From NCBI GenBank assembly GCA_965248055.1, contig CBDFIJ010000004.1, positions 256,001 to 320,000 on the forward strand: a stretch of 64,000 nucleotides of DNA, given 5' to 3'. This document shows positions 9,342 to 19,724 of the stretch, one piece after another. Made by a program: the position numbers and the translations under genes. Numbering within the stretch: the first letter of the stretch is position 1; every line of letters begins with the position of its first letter. Source of the DNA: Candidatus Multivoradales bacterium (GTDB taxonomy: Bacteria > Acidobacteriota > Thermoanaerobaculia > Multivoradales > JAHEKO01). The notes under the pieces are model-generated. The model made no database searches. It saw only the letters and a list, made by a program, of their open reading frames with translations, and had not been told where the DNA came from.

Positions 9342-9561
9342 GTGCCGAGGCAGGTAAGTACAGACGAACTTGTCCGGGCTTGCTTAACCCTGGGTTGGCA
9401 TCTTTCCCGGCAGTAGCCACCTTCAATACACCAAGGCGGGGTGCTCACGCCCAGTGACAATCGTCGCAAACAAGAAAGAACTCTCCAGGACGGTGCTCTC
9501 TGCATGCTTGCGTACAATGGGGATAACCAAGAGGGAGCTATTTGAGATTCTTGATTCGTGA
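9342..9561 (+). pseudogene. hicA: HicA-family toxin, frameshifted at the GSH motif
   Basis: MPRQVSTDELVRACLTLGWHLSRQ* (TAG 9414-9416), then +1 frame SHLQYTKAGCSRPVTIVANKKELSRTVLSACLRTMGITKRELFEILDS*. Confidence 0.8.
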
Positions 9562-9852
9562 CCAACTCCCCCTACCTCACCGCTGCCTCTGACGCCATAG
9601 CCGCAAACATCTACCCAGTACACAGCACCACCGAACCGGATTGCCCTGGTTGCCAAGGGACGCTCAGTGCCGACGAGCGCCAGGAAATCTAGGAACTCCC
9701 TCAGCTGCTGTATCAGCGCTGGCTAGATCGCCGGGAATGCTAGAATCACCCCCCACTGCAGCGACTTGCACCGCAATCTCGCCGCTTTGATCAACAGCAG
9801 ATAGCAACTAGTGAAGCGCTTGCGGGCGCCGACGGGATACAGGAGTTTGTCG

Positions 9853-10941
9853 ATGGATACCTTTGAGACCATTGCGGAAATGGGGCATGAGCGGGTGCTG
9901 ATGTGCTCCAATGCAGCCGTCGGCCTGAAGGCGATCATTGCGGTTCATTCGACGGTTCTGGGCCCGGGCCTCGGTGGTTGCCGCATGTGGCCCTACCAGA
10001 GCACTGACGAAGCGATGATTGACGTTTTGCGTTTGTCGCGCGGGATGACCTACAAAGCGGCGGCGGCGGGACTGCACTTGGGCGGCGCCAAGGCGGTGAT
10101 CATCGGCGACCCCAAGACCGACAAAAGCGAGGCCTTGTTTCGAGCTTTCGGCCGAGCGGTCGACGACCTGAATGGTACCTACATCACCGCCGAAGACGTC
10201 GGCACCGACATGGAAGACATGGAGACCATCCTCACCGAGACCCAATGGGTAACCGGGATCTCCCCCGCCCACGGAGGCAGCGGCGACCCCGCGCCAGTCA
10301 CCGCCAACGGTGTTTTGCGTGGTATTCAGGCAGCGGCCAAGTGGAAGTTCAGAGATTCAGCGCTCAAGGGGCGCTCGGTCGCCATCCAAGGCTTGGGCAG
10401 CGTCGGATACCACCTTGCTGAGTATCTGGTCCAGGAGGGTGCCAAGGTCTTTGCCACCGACATCGACGAGGCATCGATCGAACGGGCCAGAGAACAACTG
10501 GGCGTCGAACCGGTTGCAGTTGACGACATCTACGACGTTGACTGCGACATCTTCGCTCCCTGCGCCCTGGGAGCGATCCTCAATCCCGAGACCATTCCTC
10601 GGTTGCGTTGCACTGTGGTTGCTGGAGCGGCGAACAACCAACTGGCGGACGAGGAGGTCGACGGCATGGCTCTGCAAGAGCGCGCCATTCTCTACGCGCC
10701 GGACTTCGTCATCAACGCCGGTGGACTGATCAACGTCTACAACGAGTTCATGGGCAGCTACAAGCAAGAGCGAGCGCTACGCGGCACCCGAGGGATCTAC
10801 CTCAACTTGACTCGAGTTTTTGAGATCGCAGAAGAAGAGAAGATTCCGACCTACGCCGCCGCCGACCGAGTCGCTGAAGAACGCATCGCCACCATCAGCA
10901 AGTTGGGGTCGCGTCATTGGGGTCGCTTGCTGAATCGCTAA
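9853..10941 (+). CDS. Glu/Leu/Phe/Val dehydrogenase (leucine dehydrogenase-like)
   Basis: LGPGLGGCRM, LSRGMTYK, GGAKAVI, YITAEDVGT, QGLGSVG and GAANNQL motifs; AGGAG RBS at 9841. Confidence 0.93.
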   Translation: MDTFETIAEMGHERVLMCSNAAVGLKAIIAVHSTVLGPGLGGCRMWPYQSTDEAMIDVLRLSRGMTYKAAAAGLHLGGAKAVIIGDPKTDKSEALFRAFGRAVDDLNGTYITAEDVGTDMEDMETILTETQWVTGISPAHGGSGDPAPVTANGVLRGIQAAAKWKFRDSALKGRSVAIQGLGSVGYHLAEYLVQEGAKVFATDIDEASIERAREQLGVEPVAVDDIYDVDCDIFAPCALGAILNPETIPRLRCTVVAGAANNQLADEEVDGMALQERAILYAPDFVINAGGLINVYNEFMGSYKQERALRGTRGIYLNLTRVFEIAEEEKIPTYAAADRVAEERIATISKLGSRHWGRLLNR

Positions 10942-11656
10942 TTTCTGCGGATTCACTGCTTTCTACAGACTTGCTGTCGGGCTGCCCAGCCCGTACCTGC
11001 GCCAACATCTCTCCGACCACTTGATCCAGGGTCATCTCAGAGGTATCGATGTAGTGGTAACTGTCGTCGTAGGTCAGCGGTGAATCGCTACGCGTTCGGT
11101 CCTTGTGGTCTCGGTCCGCCAGTCTCGCCAGTAGATCCTCGCGATCAACTTGGTGCCCCTGCTCTATCAGTTCCGCAACCCGTCGCTGCACTCGCACTTC
11201 CAAACTGGCGTCCAAAAAGAACTTGTAAGGCGCGTCGGGCAGCACCCGGGTACCAATATCTCGTCCCTCGATCACCCCTCCGGTCGATGCCGCGAGCCGT
11301 TGTTGGAGAGCCACTAGATACTGTCGAACGACCGACAGGGTCGCTACTTGTGACGCCATCTCCGCGGCCAAGGGAGTCTTCAATCTCGCGCCCTGGACAA
11401 TGCCATTCACTCGCACCGTGGGTTCCAATTCTTGCAGCTCGATCTCCATCTCCAACTCGTCCAGTAACCCTGAAATCGCTTCTTCGTCGCTGGGGTCGAT
11501 TCCAGCCCCGAGGACCGCAAGACCCACGGCTCGATACATCACCCCAGTACTCAAGTAGGGCACACCGAGCTTTCTGGCAAGCCGACGAGATGCTGTGGTT
11601 TTACCAACTCCACCGGGTCCGTCGACCGCAATAACCATCGGCCGATGTCGCATCAC
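10895..11656 (-). CDS. cmk: Cytidylate kinase
   Basis: IAVDGPGGVGKTT, TGVMYRA and EGRDIGT motifs. Confidence 0.93.
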   Translation of the reverse strand: MMRHRPMVIAVDGPGGVGKTTASRRLARKLGVPYLSTGVMYRAVGLAVLGAGIDPSDEEAISGLLDELEMEIELQELEPTVRVNGIVQGARLKTPLAAEMASQVATLSVVRQYLVALQQRLAASTGGVIEGRDIGTRVLPDAPYKFFLDASLEVRVQRRVAELIEQGHQVDREDLLARLADRDHKDRTRSDSPLTYDDSYHYIDTSEMTLDQVVGEMLAQVRAGQPDSKSVESSESAEISDSASDPNDATPTC

Positions 11657-12684
11657 TTGGATTTGGGACCGCGGCGGGTCGTGCCACCCTTACCTTTTGG
11701 GGGGCGAGCACCGGGGCGGCCACCAGTGCGACCGCTGGCTGCTCCAGGTCGGTCTGGTCGTCGGGATGTCCTTGACGAGGATCCGGTCTTGGGACCGGCG
11801 CCGGAGCGCTTGCTGGATCTTTTGCCAGGCTTCGCGGTTCCTCGAGAGCTCGGCGCAGCACCTCGACTACGAGAAGTACGCTTTGATTTATCGGCTGACT
11901 TAGCGCGGCTATCGCGAAAACCCTCGGATCGCGCGGTCGCCTTGATCGACCGACCTCTGCGTAGCAGCGCCTCAAGATCACTCTCGGTAAGTTCGCGCCA
12001 TTTGCCGGGCAACAGATTCCCCAGTGACAGCCCGCCAATTGAAACCCGCCTCAACCTGGAGACCGGATGCCCAGCACGGAAAAACATCTCTCGAATTTGC
12101 CGCGAACGCCCCTCCTGCAAATCGATGGTCCACCAGCTGTTTTTCTTACTCCGCCGCTCGCCTTCCATACGGTAGGACTGAATCCGAGCCGGAAGGGTTT
12201 TCTTGCCGTACAACGCAACCCCTCTGGTCATGCGCCCGATCCGATCTTCCGAGGGAACCCCTTTGACCTTGACCAAATAGCGCTTCACCCCTTCATGTTT
12301 CGGGTGAGCAACGCGCTGGGCAAGACCCCCATCGGTGGTGAGAATCAAAGCACCTTCAGAATCCCAATCCAAGCGACCGATGGTGAACAACCCTTTGCGT
12401 AGGGTCGGCGGCAAGCAATCAAAAACCGTGGTGCGCCCTTCGGGGTCTTTGCGGGAGCACACCGTAGCAATTGGCTTGTTCAGCAGATAGCTGCGGTGCT
12501 CAGTGATCGGAACCACTAACCTACCCCGCGCCTTGATCGCGTCACGTTGGGCGTCAGCTTTGTCTCCCAACTTCGACACCGCGCCGTTGACCGTCACTTG
12601 CCCCGCACGGATCCAGGATTCGGCCTCGCGCCGCGACGCCATCCCGGCCCCGGCAATGAGCTTCTGCAGTCTCTCTTCAGTCAT
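11653..12684 (-). CDS. rluB: RsuA/RluB-family rRNA pseudouridine synthase with basic low-complexity tail
   Basis: ERLQKLIA..G.ASRREAE S4 domain, GRLDWDSEG catalytic motif, scpAB-cmk context. Confidence 0.88.
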   Translation of the reverse strand: MTEERLQKLIAGAGMASRREAESWIRAGQVTVNGAVSKLGDKADAQRDAIKARGRLVVPITEHRSYLLNKPIATVCSRKDPEGRTTVFDCLPPTLRKGLFTIGRLDWDSEGALILTTDGGLAQRVAHPKHEGVKRYLVKVKGVPSEDRIGRMTRGVALYGKKTLPARIQSYRMEGERRSKKNSWWTIDLQEGRSRQIREMFFRAGHPVSRLRRVSIGGLSLGNLLPGKWRELTESDLEALLRRGRSIKATARSEGFRDSRAKSADKSKRTSRSRGAAPSSRGTAKPGKRSSKRSGAGPKTGSSSRTSRRPDRPGAASGRTGGRPGARPPKGKGGTTRRGPKSK

Positions 12685-13387
12685 CGACTTTTTCTTCCAC
12701 ATAATCGCCGCCAGCATTATCACTGTCAGCTAGATCACTGCCAGCGGCTTGCGGATCGGCGCCATGCTCATCGCTGGGCAATATCGCCTGAGGATCGTCC
12801 AGCTCTCGGTCGCGACTTTGAATCTCAGCGACCATCTGTTGGGTCTCCAGCGATCCGAAGTTCTCCTCAAATTCTTCCAAGGGGGGTAAGTCGACGATCG
12901 ATGCCAGCCCAAAGTGCTGGAGAAATTCCTTGGTGGTGCGATAGAGAAACGGTTTACCGACCACCTGCTTGCGCCCAGCGACCCGAATTAATCCTCGATC
13001 CAGCAGGGTCTTGAGCACTCCCCCACTGTGTACTCCACGGAGTTCTTGAATCTCGGGCCCAGTCACCGGTTGGCGATAAGCGATGATGGTCAACGTTTCC
13101 AGGGCCGCCATCGAAAGTCGGCTGCGGACCCGGGCTTGAAAAAAACTCTCCAGGTAGTCGTTCAACTCCGGTCGTGTCACCAAGCGATAACCGCCGGCAA
13201 CTTCTTCAAGAAACACCCCGCGGTCGGTGGCATCCGCCTGATAGCGCTGGCGCACCGTCTCCAACGCCGGCAGCACTTTGTCTCGATCGCCTTTTGCGAA
13301 GAGTTCTTGCAACCCGTCCAGCGGCACGGGGTCTGGAGCAACGAAGAGCACCGCTTCGACAATCGCTTCGATCTCGCCAGCCTTCAC
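12677..13387 (-). CDS. scpB: SMC-Scp complex subunit ScpB
   Basis: LSMAALETLTIIAYRQPVT..EIQELRGV and YRTTKEFLQHFGL motifs. Confidence 0.95.
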   Translation of the reverse strand: MKAGEIEAIVEAVLFVAPDPVPLDGLQELFAKGDRDKVLPALETVRQRYQADATDRGVFLEEVAGGYRLVTRPELNDYLESFFQARVRSRLSMAALETLTIIAYRQPVTGPEIQELRGVHSGGVLKTLLDRGLIRVAGRKQVVGKPFLYRTTKEFLQHFGLASIVDLPPLEEFEENFGSLETQQMVAEIQSRDRELDDPQAILPSDEHGADPQAAGSDLADSDNAGGDYVEEKVDD

Positions 13388-14172
13388 GTTCGAATTCCTT
13401 CCAGGTCTTCCTTCGCCAGTTCCTTGGGCGTGCGGTAGAGCAGAATCGCTCCATTTTCCGCTTGATGCACCCGCACCAAGCTCAAACGTGCCAGTTCCAG
13501 GATTGCTAAGAACGCCGCCACCACTTCACCACGACCGCTACGCAATCGTAGGTCATCGACGAAGTCCAAGGGGCGGGCGGGATCCAATCGAGACAGCAGT
13601 CGCTCAAACTGATCGCGCACGGAGAACACTTCCCGGTGCACCAAGTACGGCGGTGGGTGATTGCGATCAAAGCGTTCCAATACGTTTTTAAACGCTCCCA
13701 GAAGATGGGTCATCGAGATATCAGAGAGGTCGATGACGTCATCCTCCACGGTCACCGGGGGCTGCGCAGCGCGGGTCCAGATGCCTTGACGCATGGCGTG
13801 GCGTTCCGCCATGGTCTGTGCGGCGTCTTTCAGCTTCTGGTACTCCAACAAGCGTTCGACCAACTCTTCGCGAGGATCTTCGGACGCCGAGGCGTCTTCC
13901 GAACTTGGGCGCGGCAGCAACATTCGCGACTTGAGCTGAATCAACTGGGCCGCTTCAAACAAGTAGTCCGAGGCTATGTCCAAATCCAGCTCCTCCATCA
14001 TCGTTAAGTACTCGTGAAACTGACCACAGATCAGGTTCACCGGGATGTCGTAGATATCGACTTCGTTGATCTTGATCAGATGCAGCAGCAGGTCCAGCGG
14101 CCCTTCAAAGATCGGCAGATGAACCTTCCAAGACGAAGGCAGTGCAGCAATCGGCTGAGAATCTAACTCCAT
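13384..14172 (-). CDS. scpA: Segregation and condensation protein ScpA
   Basis: FEGPLDLLLHLI, LKSRMLLP, DPREELVERLLEY and FLAILEL motifs. Confidence 0.95.
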   Translation of the reverse strand: MELDSQPIAALPSSWKVHLPIFEGPLDLLLHLIKINEVDIYDIPVNLICGQFHEYLTMMEELDLDIASDYLFEAAQLIQLKSRMLLPRPSSEDASASEDPREELVERLLEYQKLKDAAQTMAERHAMRQGIWTRAAQPPVTVEDDVIDLSDISMTHLLGAFKNVLERFDRNHPPPYLVHREVFSVRDQFERLLSRLDPARPLDFVDDLRLRSGRGEVVAAFLAILELARLSLVRVHQAENGAILLYRTPKELAKEDLEGIRT

Positions 14173-15188
14173 TTTTGATAGTCCAAGCCCATTGCTTCGC
14201 GGACTAAGGTCATGGTCTCTTGCGCGACTTCGCGCGCTCGATTCGTCCCGGCGTTGAGAATGCGCCACAGCTCACCCCGGTCGGCGAGCAACCGCTCTCG
14301 CCGCTCACGAATTGGACGGATGAACTCGATCATTCGTTCTGCGATCAGGCCTTTGTCGTCGACACATCCTAAGGATGCCGCTCGGCAACGCTCGGCGACG
14401 TCCTCTTGCACCTCTGGCGTCGACAGCAAACGATGGAACTGAAACAAGTTACAGGTTTCTGGATGGCCCGGATCGTCGCGACGCAGCCGGGTTGGATCGG
14501 TAAACATCTTGGCGCATTTGGCGCGGATGGAGTCCGAGCTGTCCCCCAATTCAATCGAGTTAGCGTAGGACTTGGACATCTTACGACCGTCCAGGCCTGG
14601 AACCTTGGGGGTGGGAGTAAACAGCGGCTGAGGTTCAGGGAAGACCTTGCCATACAACCCGTTGAAACGACGGGTGATTTCCCGCGACAACTCCAAGTGA
14701 CTGGCTTGATCCTGCCCCACCGGTACGTGGTGCGCCCGATAGAGAATGATGTCGGCAGTTTGCAATACCGGATAGCCAAGGAATCCGAAGGTCGCTAGGT
14801 CTTTCTTCTTGAGCTCTCGAATCTGCTCCTTGTAGGTCGGCACCCGCTCCAACCAACCCAACGGCGTCAACATCCCCAGCAGCAGCTGCAATTCTGCGTG
14901 CTCGGCGATCTTCGACTGGAGGAAAAAAACCGCACGTTCAGGGTCCAGACCGGACGCCATCCAGTCCGCCACCGTCAGCAGAGTGTTGTCGGCGATCGAC
15001 CACGGGGCGGCATAGTCGGTGGTCAGGGCATGCCAATCGGCAACAAAGTAGTAACAGGGGTAACGGTCCTGTAGATCCACCCAGTTCTTAATCGCGCCGA
15101 AATAATGCCCAAGATGGAGCGGGCCGGTGGCGCGCATCCCGGATAGGACAATTCCCTGATTTTCAGCTTTTGTTGTTTGGTCAACCAT
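14163..15188 (-). CDS. trpS: Tryptophan--tRNA ligase
   Basis: SGMRATGPLHLGH, YPVLQTADI, VPVGQDQ and KMSKS motifs. Confidence 0.97.
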   Translation of the reverse strand: MVDQTTKAENQGIVLSGMRATGPLHLGHYFGAIKNWVDLQDRYPCYYFVADWHALTTDYAAPWSIADNTLLTVADWMASGLDPERAVFFLQSKIAEHAELQLLLGMLTPLGWLERVPTYKEQIRELKKKDLATFGFLGYPVLQTADIILYRAHHVPVGQDQASHLELSREITRRFNGLYGKVFPEPQPLFTPTPKVPGLDGRKMSKSYANSIELGDSSDSIRAKCAKMFTDPTRLRRDDPGHPETCNLFQFHRLLSTPEVQEDVAERCRAASLGCVDDKGLIAERMIEFIRPIRERRERLLADRGELWRILNAGTNRAREVAQETMTLVREAMGLDYQKWS

Positions 15189-15265
15189 TATCCATCTACC
15201 ACTTCTCTATCGATCCCCTCGCTTATGTGCAACAAGGGCGCCCGTGGACATGCCCTGGCACCCTT

Positions 15266-15444
15266 AACCTGGCCTTCTCCCCAAGGTTCGAGTCAGAGTG
15301 CTGCAAACGCCTGGAGATACAAGGCTTGCGACCGAGGGCGACGCAGGCGTAGCCGTAGCTACGTCGAGGAGCACAAGCGAGTGCAACGCAGTAGATTCAG
15401 ATGTTTTCAGCATTCAGGACGGAGATTGGTGAGAAGGCAAGGTT
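15266..15444. repeat. Nested inverted-repeat element (MITE-like or structured RNA) upstream of trpS
   Basis: Outer IR 15266-15284/15426-15444 (17/19), inner IR 15296-15308/15403-15415 (11/13), central hairpin CGTAGC-CGTA-GCTACG. Confidence 0.6.
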
Positions 15445-15495
15445 GACGCCATGCTATCAAAAGAGTTTTCTGTGGCTGAGAGCCGCTCGGTTCGA

Positions 15496-15981
15496 TCATC
15501 CCTTGACCTTGGCTTCGCGGTCTACCCTTGCCACCAAGCGTTCATTTTCGCCCAGAACCACAAACTCCAGATACAAGGTGTAGATCTGCGCCAAAATGGT
15601 CAACGGGCCGAGGACTCGATGCCACAGTGGATGCATCGCGCCAATGTAGGAACCTCCGCCTATGACGAACGCGGCGATCACCATCCCCATCGCCAACATC
15701 AGCCACGGATAGAGTTTTTGTTTAAATTGCTTGGTCCGTTCGATGTGGTTGCGATCTAGATCGTACTCTTCGACCGCCTCGCGAATCGCTTTGCCGGTTC
15801 CCACCAAGAAGAACAAGATCCAACAGTGGGCAAAAAGGATCAGCAAGCTGCCCGCCAAAGCCATCGAAGCGTGGGTGTTGATGCCATAGACGCGGGGATT
15901 CTGGAGATATCCCAGCGCTCCGGTCGCCAGCAACCCAAGAGTGCCTAGGGCACCGACCCAGAGTAAGACTCGACTCATCAT
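15496..15981 (-). CDS. Hypothetical four-helix membrane protein
   Basis: Hydrophobic helices with His residues; start overlaps the glycosyltransferase stop. Confidence 0.7.
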   Translation of the reverse strand: MMSRVLLWVGALGTLGLLATGALGYLQNPRVYGINTHASMALAGSLLILFAHCWILFFLVGTGKAIREAVEEYDLDRNHIERTKQFKQKLYPWLMLAMGMVIAAFVIGGGSYIGAMHPLWHRVLGPLTILAQIYTLYLEFVVLGENERLVARVDREAKVKG

Positions 15982-17225
15982 TGTGCAGTATCTCCCTGGG
16001 CAGTTCCTTGGGCAGTAGCTCCCCGGGCACTGGTTTCTTGGGCACAATCTCCCTGTGGCCTCTCTGCCTGCTGCATTACTTCCACCTGACTCGCCTCTGC
16101 AACTCTCTCTAACCAAACAGCAGCCGCTTCTTGGGGGCGAAAATAGCGCATCCAGCGTAGATATCCGGCCCGGCCACGCCGGAGAGTTTCCTCCTGATCG
16201 ACGCTCACCGCCTCGATCGCGCTCGCCAACGCGGTTGCGTCCTCCGCAGGCACCAGCCAGCCCGTTTCTCCATCGATCACCACTTCAGGGATTCCGCTGA
16301 CTGCAGACGCCACCACCGGGCAGCTTTCACTCATCGCCTCAAGAATCACTAAAGGCATGCCTTCATAGGTCGACGGCACCAACAATGCGCTGGTTCGATT
16401 CAACAAGGTCAACACTTGACCGGCGGTACAGCGGCCCAGAAATCGCACATGCTCTTGCAGTCTTAGCCTTTCAGCCGCGGCTTCCAGGCCAGGGCGATGC
16501 TCGCCGTCCCCCGCCAGCCACAGTCGTGGCCGATTCTCTGTAGGCATCGACGCCAGGGCGGCCAGGGCCACCTCGATCCCCTTACGCACCCTCATGCGAC
16601 CGACGATCAGCAGCCCTTGCTCATGATCAGGAATCGCCACCGGTTCAGGCTGCGCTTTGCGCTCGATCATCGCGTTGGGCAAAACGGCGCCCTCGGTGAC
16701 CCCATAATCTTCTTCCAACTCACGCAAGGTCTGGCGACTGGGCGCCAAGACTTGATCAACACTGCGCGCGCTCAGCAAACCGAGAAGAATGTGCCACGGG
16801 GCCCGGGTCCATTTGAAGATCTTTTCTGACCGACTGGGTTCGACTTGTGCTGCGGTCGGCAGGTTTAACCGCCGAACCGCTCGAAACTCACGCCGATAGC
16901 TGACCTGAAACAGCGCCACCAATCGGGGCCGAACCTCAAGCAAATCACGAACCACTGCCAAGAAAAAAACCACCAATCCACCGTCCGACTCATGGGTCTG
17001 CACCACCTCCGGTCGAAACCGGTGTACTTCTCGCAGTGCTCGGGACACCACGGTCAGCGGAAACAGTGCCTTAATCGACCCCAACCCGGACTCCGCGCGT
17101 CCCAAGATCCGCACTTCGCAGCCCCTCTCGCGCAAGCCGTCAGCAAGCTGAACCACCTGTTCACCCACTCCTGAAACATCGGTCGGCGGCAGGGTATTGG
17201 CAATCAGTAAGACTCGAAGGGACAC
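15978..17225 (-). CDS. GT4 family glycosyltransferase
   Basis: GRMRVRKG and PSTYEGMPLVILEAM...GIPEVV motifs. Confidence 0.9.
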   Translation of the reverse strand: MSLRVLLIANTLPPTDVSGVGEQVVQLADGLRERGCEVRILGRAESGLGSIKALFPLTVVSRALREVHRFRPEVVQTHESDGGLVVFFLAVVRDLLEVRPRLVALFQVSYRREFRAVRRLNLPTAAQVEPSRSEKIFKWTRAPWHILLGLLSARSVDQVLAPSRQTLRELEEDYGVTEGAVLPNAMIERKAQPEPVAIPDHEQGLLIVGRMRVRKGIEVALAALASMPTENRPRLWLAGDGEHRPGLEAAAERLRLQEHVRFLGRCTAGQVLTLLNRTSALLVPSTYEGMPLVILEAMSESCPVVASAVSGIPEVVIDGETGWLVPAEDATALASAIEAVSVDQEETLRRGRAGYLRWMRYFRPQEAAAVWLERVAEASQVEVMQQAERPQGDCAQETSARGATAQGTAQGDTAQ

Positions 17226-17369
17226 AGGGTGGGGAGCTCCAATAGAAACTAGATCAAGGCCGCACAGATCCGAGACTGATGGTACTGCACTCTGGTGACT
17301 GATTGGCCCTCAGATGCAATAGAGAGAATAAACGATTTTCATGGGTATCCGGCCAAATGGACGCAAGGT

Positions 17370-19373
17370 TCAGGACCCACCGCCTTCAGCCACTATGTGC
17401 CTCGCTTCCTCCCGAGCGGCCTCCAATAGATCTAAATCGGTGACCAGCGACGCAGCCCGCAGGTTGGCGATCCCAGCCTGACGCGAGCCCAACAGTTCAC
17501 CCGGACCACGCAGGCGCAGATCAGCGTCGGCAATGGCGAAACCATCGCTGGTCGAGGCAAACACTTCCAGCCTCTCTGCCGCCGATCCGCTATGACTTCG
17601 TTGCACAGCCAAACACAAACCTCCGCGATCCCCTCGGCCAACCCGACCCCGCAGTTGATGCAGTTGCGACAGCCCAAAGCGATCAGCGCCATCGATCACC
17701 AGAAGACCCGCCTGCGGAATGTCGACCCCGACTTCGATCACCGTGGTGGTGAGCAACACCGGCGTTTCACCCGAGGCAAATCGGGCGAGAATGATTTCTC
17801 GCTCAGCAGCCGGCGTCTTGCCACTCAACAGAGCGCAGGCAATCGGTTGCAGCCTTTGCAACCAACGAATCCCATGTTCCTCCAGGGAAGAAACGCCGCG
17901 CTCTTGGTCGGTGCTGATTGCTGGAAACACGACAAAGACCCGTCCGCCACACTCGATCTCCCGGTGTACCGCGTCGACTACCGGTTGCGCATCCGATGCC
18001 GGCACGATTTCCGTCACCACCGGAAGACGCCCCTTGGGCAACTCGTCAATCACCGACAAGTCCAGATCTCCATAGAGAGCCAAGGTCAGCGATCTGGGAA
18101 TCGGGGTCGCGGTCATCACCAGCAAATCAACATTCTCGCCCTTGTCAGCCAAGGCGCGCCGTTGGTCAACGCCAAATCGGTGCTGCTCGTCGACAATCAC
18201 TAAACCCAGCCGAGCGAACTCGGTCGATTCCTGAATCAAAGCATGGGTACCGATCGCCACACCGCTTTGCCCCGATTCCAAGCGCGCCCGCGCCCCCGCA
18301 AGATCACTACTCGAGGTCAGCAATTCAACCCCAATATGGGGCGGCATCCATTTCTCGATAGTGCTCCAGTGTTGCTCAGCCAGGATCTCGGTGGGCACCA
18401 TGAAAGCAGCTTGCAAGCCACTCTCGATCGCCGCCAAGATCGCCCCCAGGGCAACTACGGTTTTGCCACAACCGACATCTCCCTGCACCAGCCTCGACAT
18501 CGGCTTGCTGCTACCCAGGTCGGTCCAGATTTCTTTCAACACTTGGCGTTGGCTGCCGGTCAGCGAAAACGGCAGCATCTTTTCGAGCAACTCGGGCACC
18601 CGGGCAATCCCCTCGTAAGCCCGTGGCTTGATCACCGCCGCGCGAGCGCCGCGCTTACGCTGCAACGCTATCTGCAACTCCAGCAACTCGCCGAACGCCA
18701 ACCGTCGACTTGGCGGTGCTCCGCGTTCGGTGAGCGCCAGCGATCCGGTGCGGGTACCCGGTTGATGGATCGCAGCCAAAGCCGGGCCCAAAGCCGCCAA
18801 CCGATAGCGATCCAGCAAGCTCGGGTCAAGGGTCTCCTTCACCTGATCAAAGTCAACCTGCTCCAGCAGTTTGCGAACCAGGGTGCGCACTCGACTCTGT
18901 CCCAGATCGCCAAGAGACGGATACACCGGCACAATGCGCCGCGGATCGTCTCCTTCTAGGATCGGCTCCAGCGTCGGATTGGTGAGTTGCAGGCTTTGCT
19001 CATAGGCCCGCACCTCCCCGTGCAAGACGTAGGTCTTGTCTGGATCGACCTGACGGCTGAGATAGGGACGGTTGAACCACACCGCTTGGATCGACCCGCT
19101 GGAGTCGTGTACCACTGCGGTGGAAGGTGCATTGCGTCGCCCGCGCCATCCCGAGCTGACCGACCGCACTTGGCCCACCAAAGTGCGCGGTCCCACGGCA
19201 TCGATGTCCTGGATCGATGAAATCTGTCGACGATCTTGGTAGCGAATCGGGCGATGCCACAACAGGTCTTCGACGGTAACCACACCGCGCTCAGCAAGGC
19301 GCTCACAAGTAACCGGGCCAAATCCCTTGTACTCAGCGAGCGGCTGAGCGAGCAGATCGAGATCTGGGCTCAT
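17370..19373 (-). CDS. recG: ATP-dependent DNA helicase RecG
   Basis: LVQGDVGCGKT, DEQHRFG, MTATPIPR and QLRGRVGRG motifs. Confidence 0.97.
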   Translation of the reverse strand: MSPDLDLLAQPLAEYKGFGPVTCERLAERGVVTVEDLLWHRPIRYQDRRQISSIQDIDAVGPRTLVGQVRSVSSGWRGRRNAPSTAVVHDSSGSIQAVWFNRPYLSRQVDPDKTYVLHGEVRAYEQSLQLTNPTLEPILEGDDPRRIVPVYPSLGDLGQSRVRTLVRKLLEQVDFDQVKETLDPSLLDRYRLAALGPALAAIHQPGTRTGSLALTERGAPPSRRLAFGELLELQIALQRKRGARAAVIKPRAYEGIARVPELLEKMLPFSLTGSQRQVLKEIWTDLGSSKPMSRLVQGDVGCGKTVVALGAILAAIESGLQAAFMVPTEILAEQHWSTIEKWMPPHIGVELLTSSSDLAGARARLESGQSGVAIGTHALIQESTEFARLGLVIVDEQHRFGVDQRRALADKGENVDLLVMTATPIPRSLTLALYGDLDLSVIDELPKGRLPVVTEIVPASDAQPVVDAVHREIECGGRVFVVFPAISTDQERGVSSLEEHGIRWLQRLQPIACALLSGKTPAAEREIILARFASGETPVLLTTTVIEVGVDIPQAGLLVIDGADRFGLSQLHQLRGRVGRGDRGGLCLAVQRSHSGSAAERLEVFASTSDGFAIADADLRLRGPGELLGSRQAGIANLRAASLVTDLDLLEAAREEARHIVAEGGGS

Positions 19374-19724
19374 CTAACGCTGTTCAACAACCAGTTCAAA
19401 CTCAAGCGAGGCCAAACGAATGCAATCTTTGGGTTGCAACGGGTAGCGAGTCCCTCGGCGAAGCTGTCGTTCGTTGAGAAAGGTGCCATTGAGAGTCCCC
19501 TTCTCCTCCACCAGAATCCAACCATCGTCAGTATTCTCGATCACCGCATGCCAGCGACTAATGCTGCGTTCCGGATCCAGCGAGTTGAGATCGAGGTCGG
19601 GCTGTCTCGCCGCTTGGGGATCCCTGCGGCCAATTTCACAACGCCCACGGGTCGCAACATCGAACTCCAGGCCGCTTTCGATATGCCGTAGCGCTGCCCG
19701 CAGTACCGGGCGATTGCTGCTCAA
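19374..19724 (-). CDS. FHA domain protein
   Basis: IGR, ISRWHA and TLNGTFLN FHA motifs. Confidence 0.85.
   Translation of the reverse strand: MSSNRPVLRAALRHIESGLEFDVATRGRCEIGRRDPQAARQPDLDLNSLDPERSISRWHAVIENTDDGWILVEEKGTLNGTFLNERQLRRGTRYPLQPKDCIRLASLEFELVVEQR

Noticed and set aside
11653-11950. Arg/Lys/Ser-rich tail of the pseudouridine synthase
   Set aside because: Common in RluB-family proteins
15189-15495. T-box riboswitch upstream of trpS
   Set aside because: No T-box consensus (GGTGGNACC) found on the minus strand
15982-16070. Short imperfect repeats (AQGT/AQGD) at the glycosyltransferase C-terminus
   Set aside because: Low-complexity disordered tail with no sign of function
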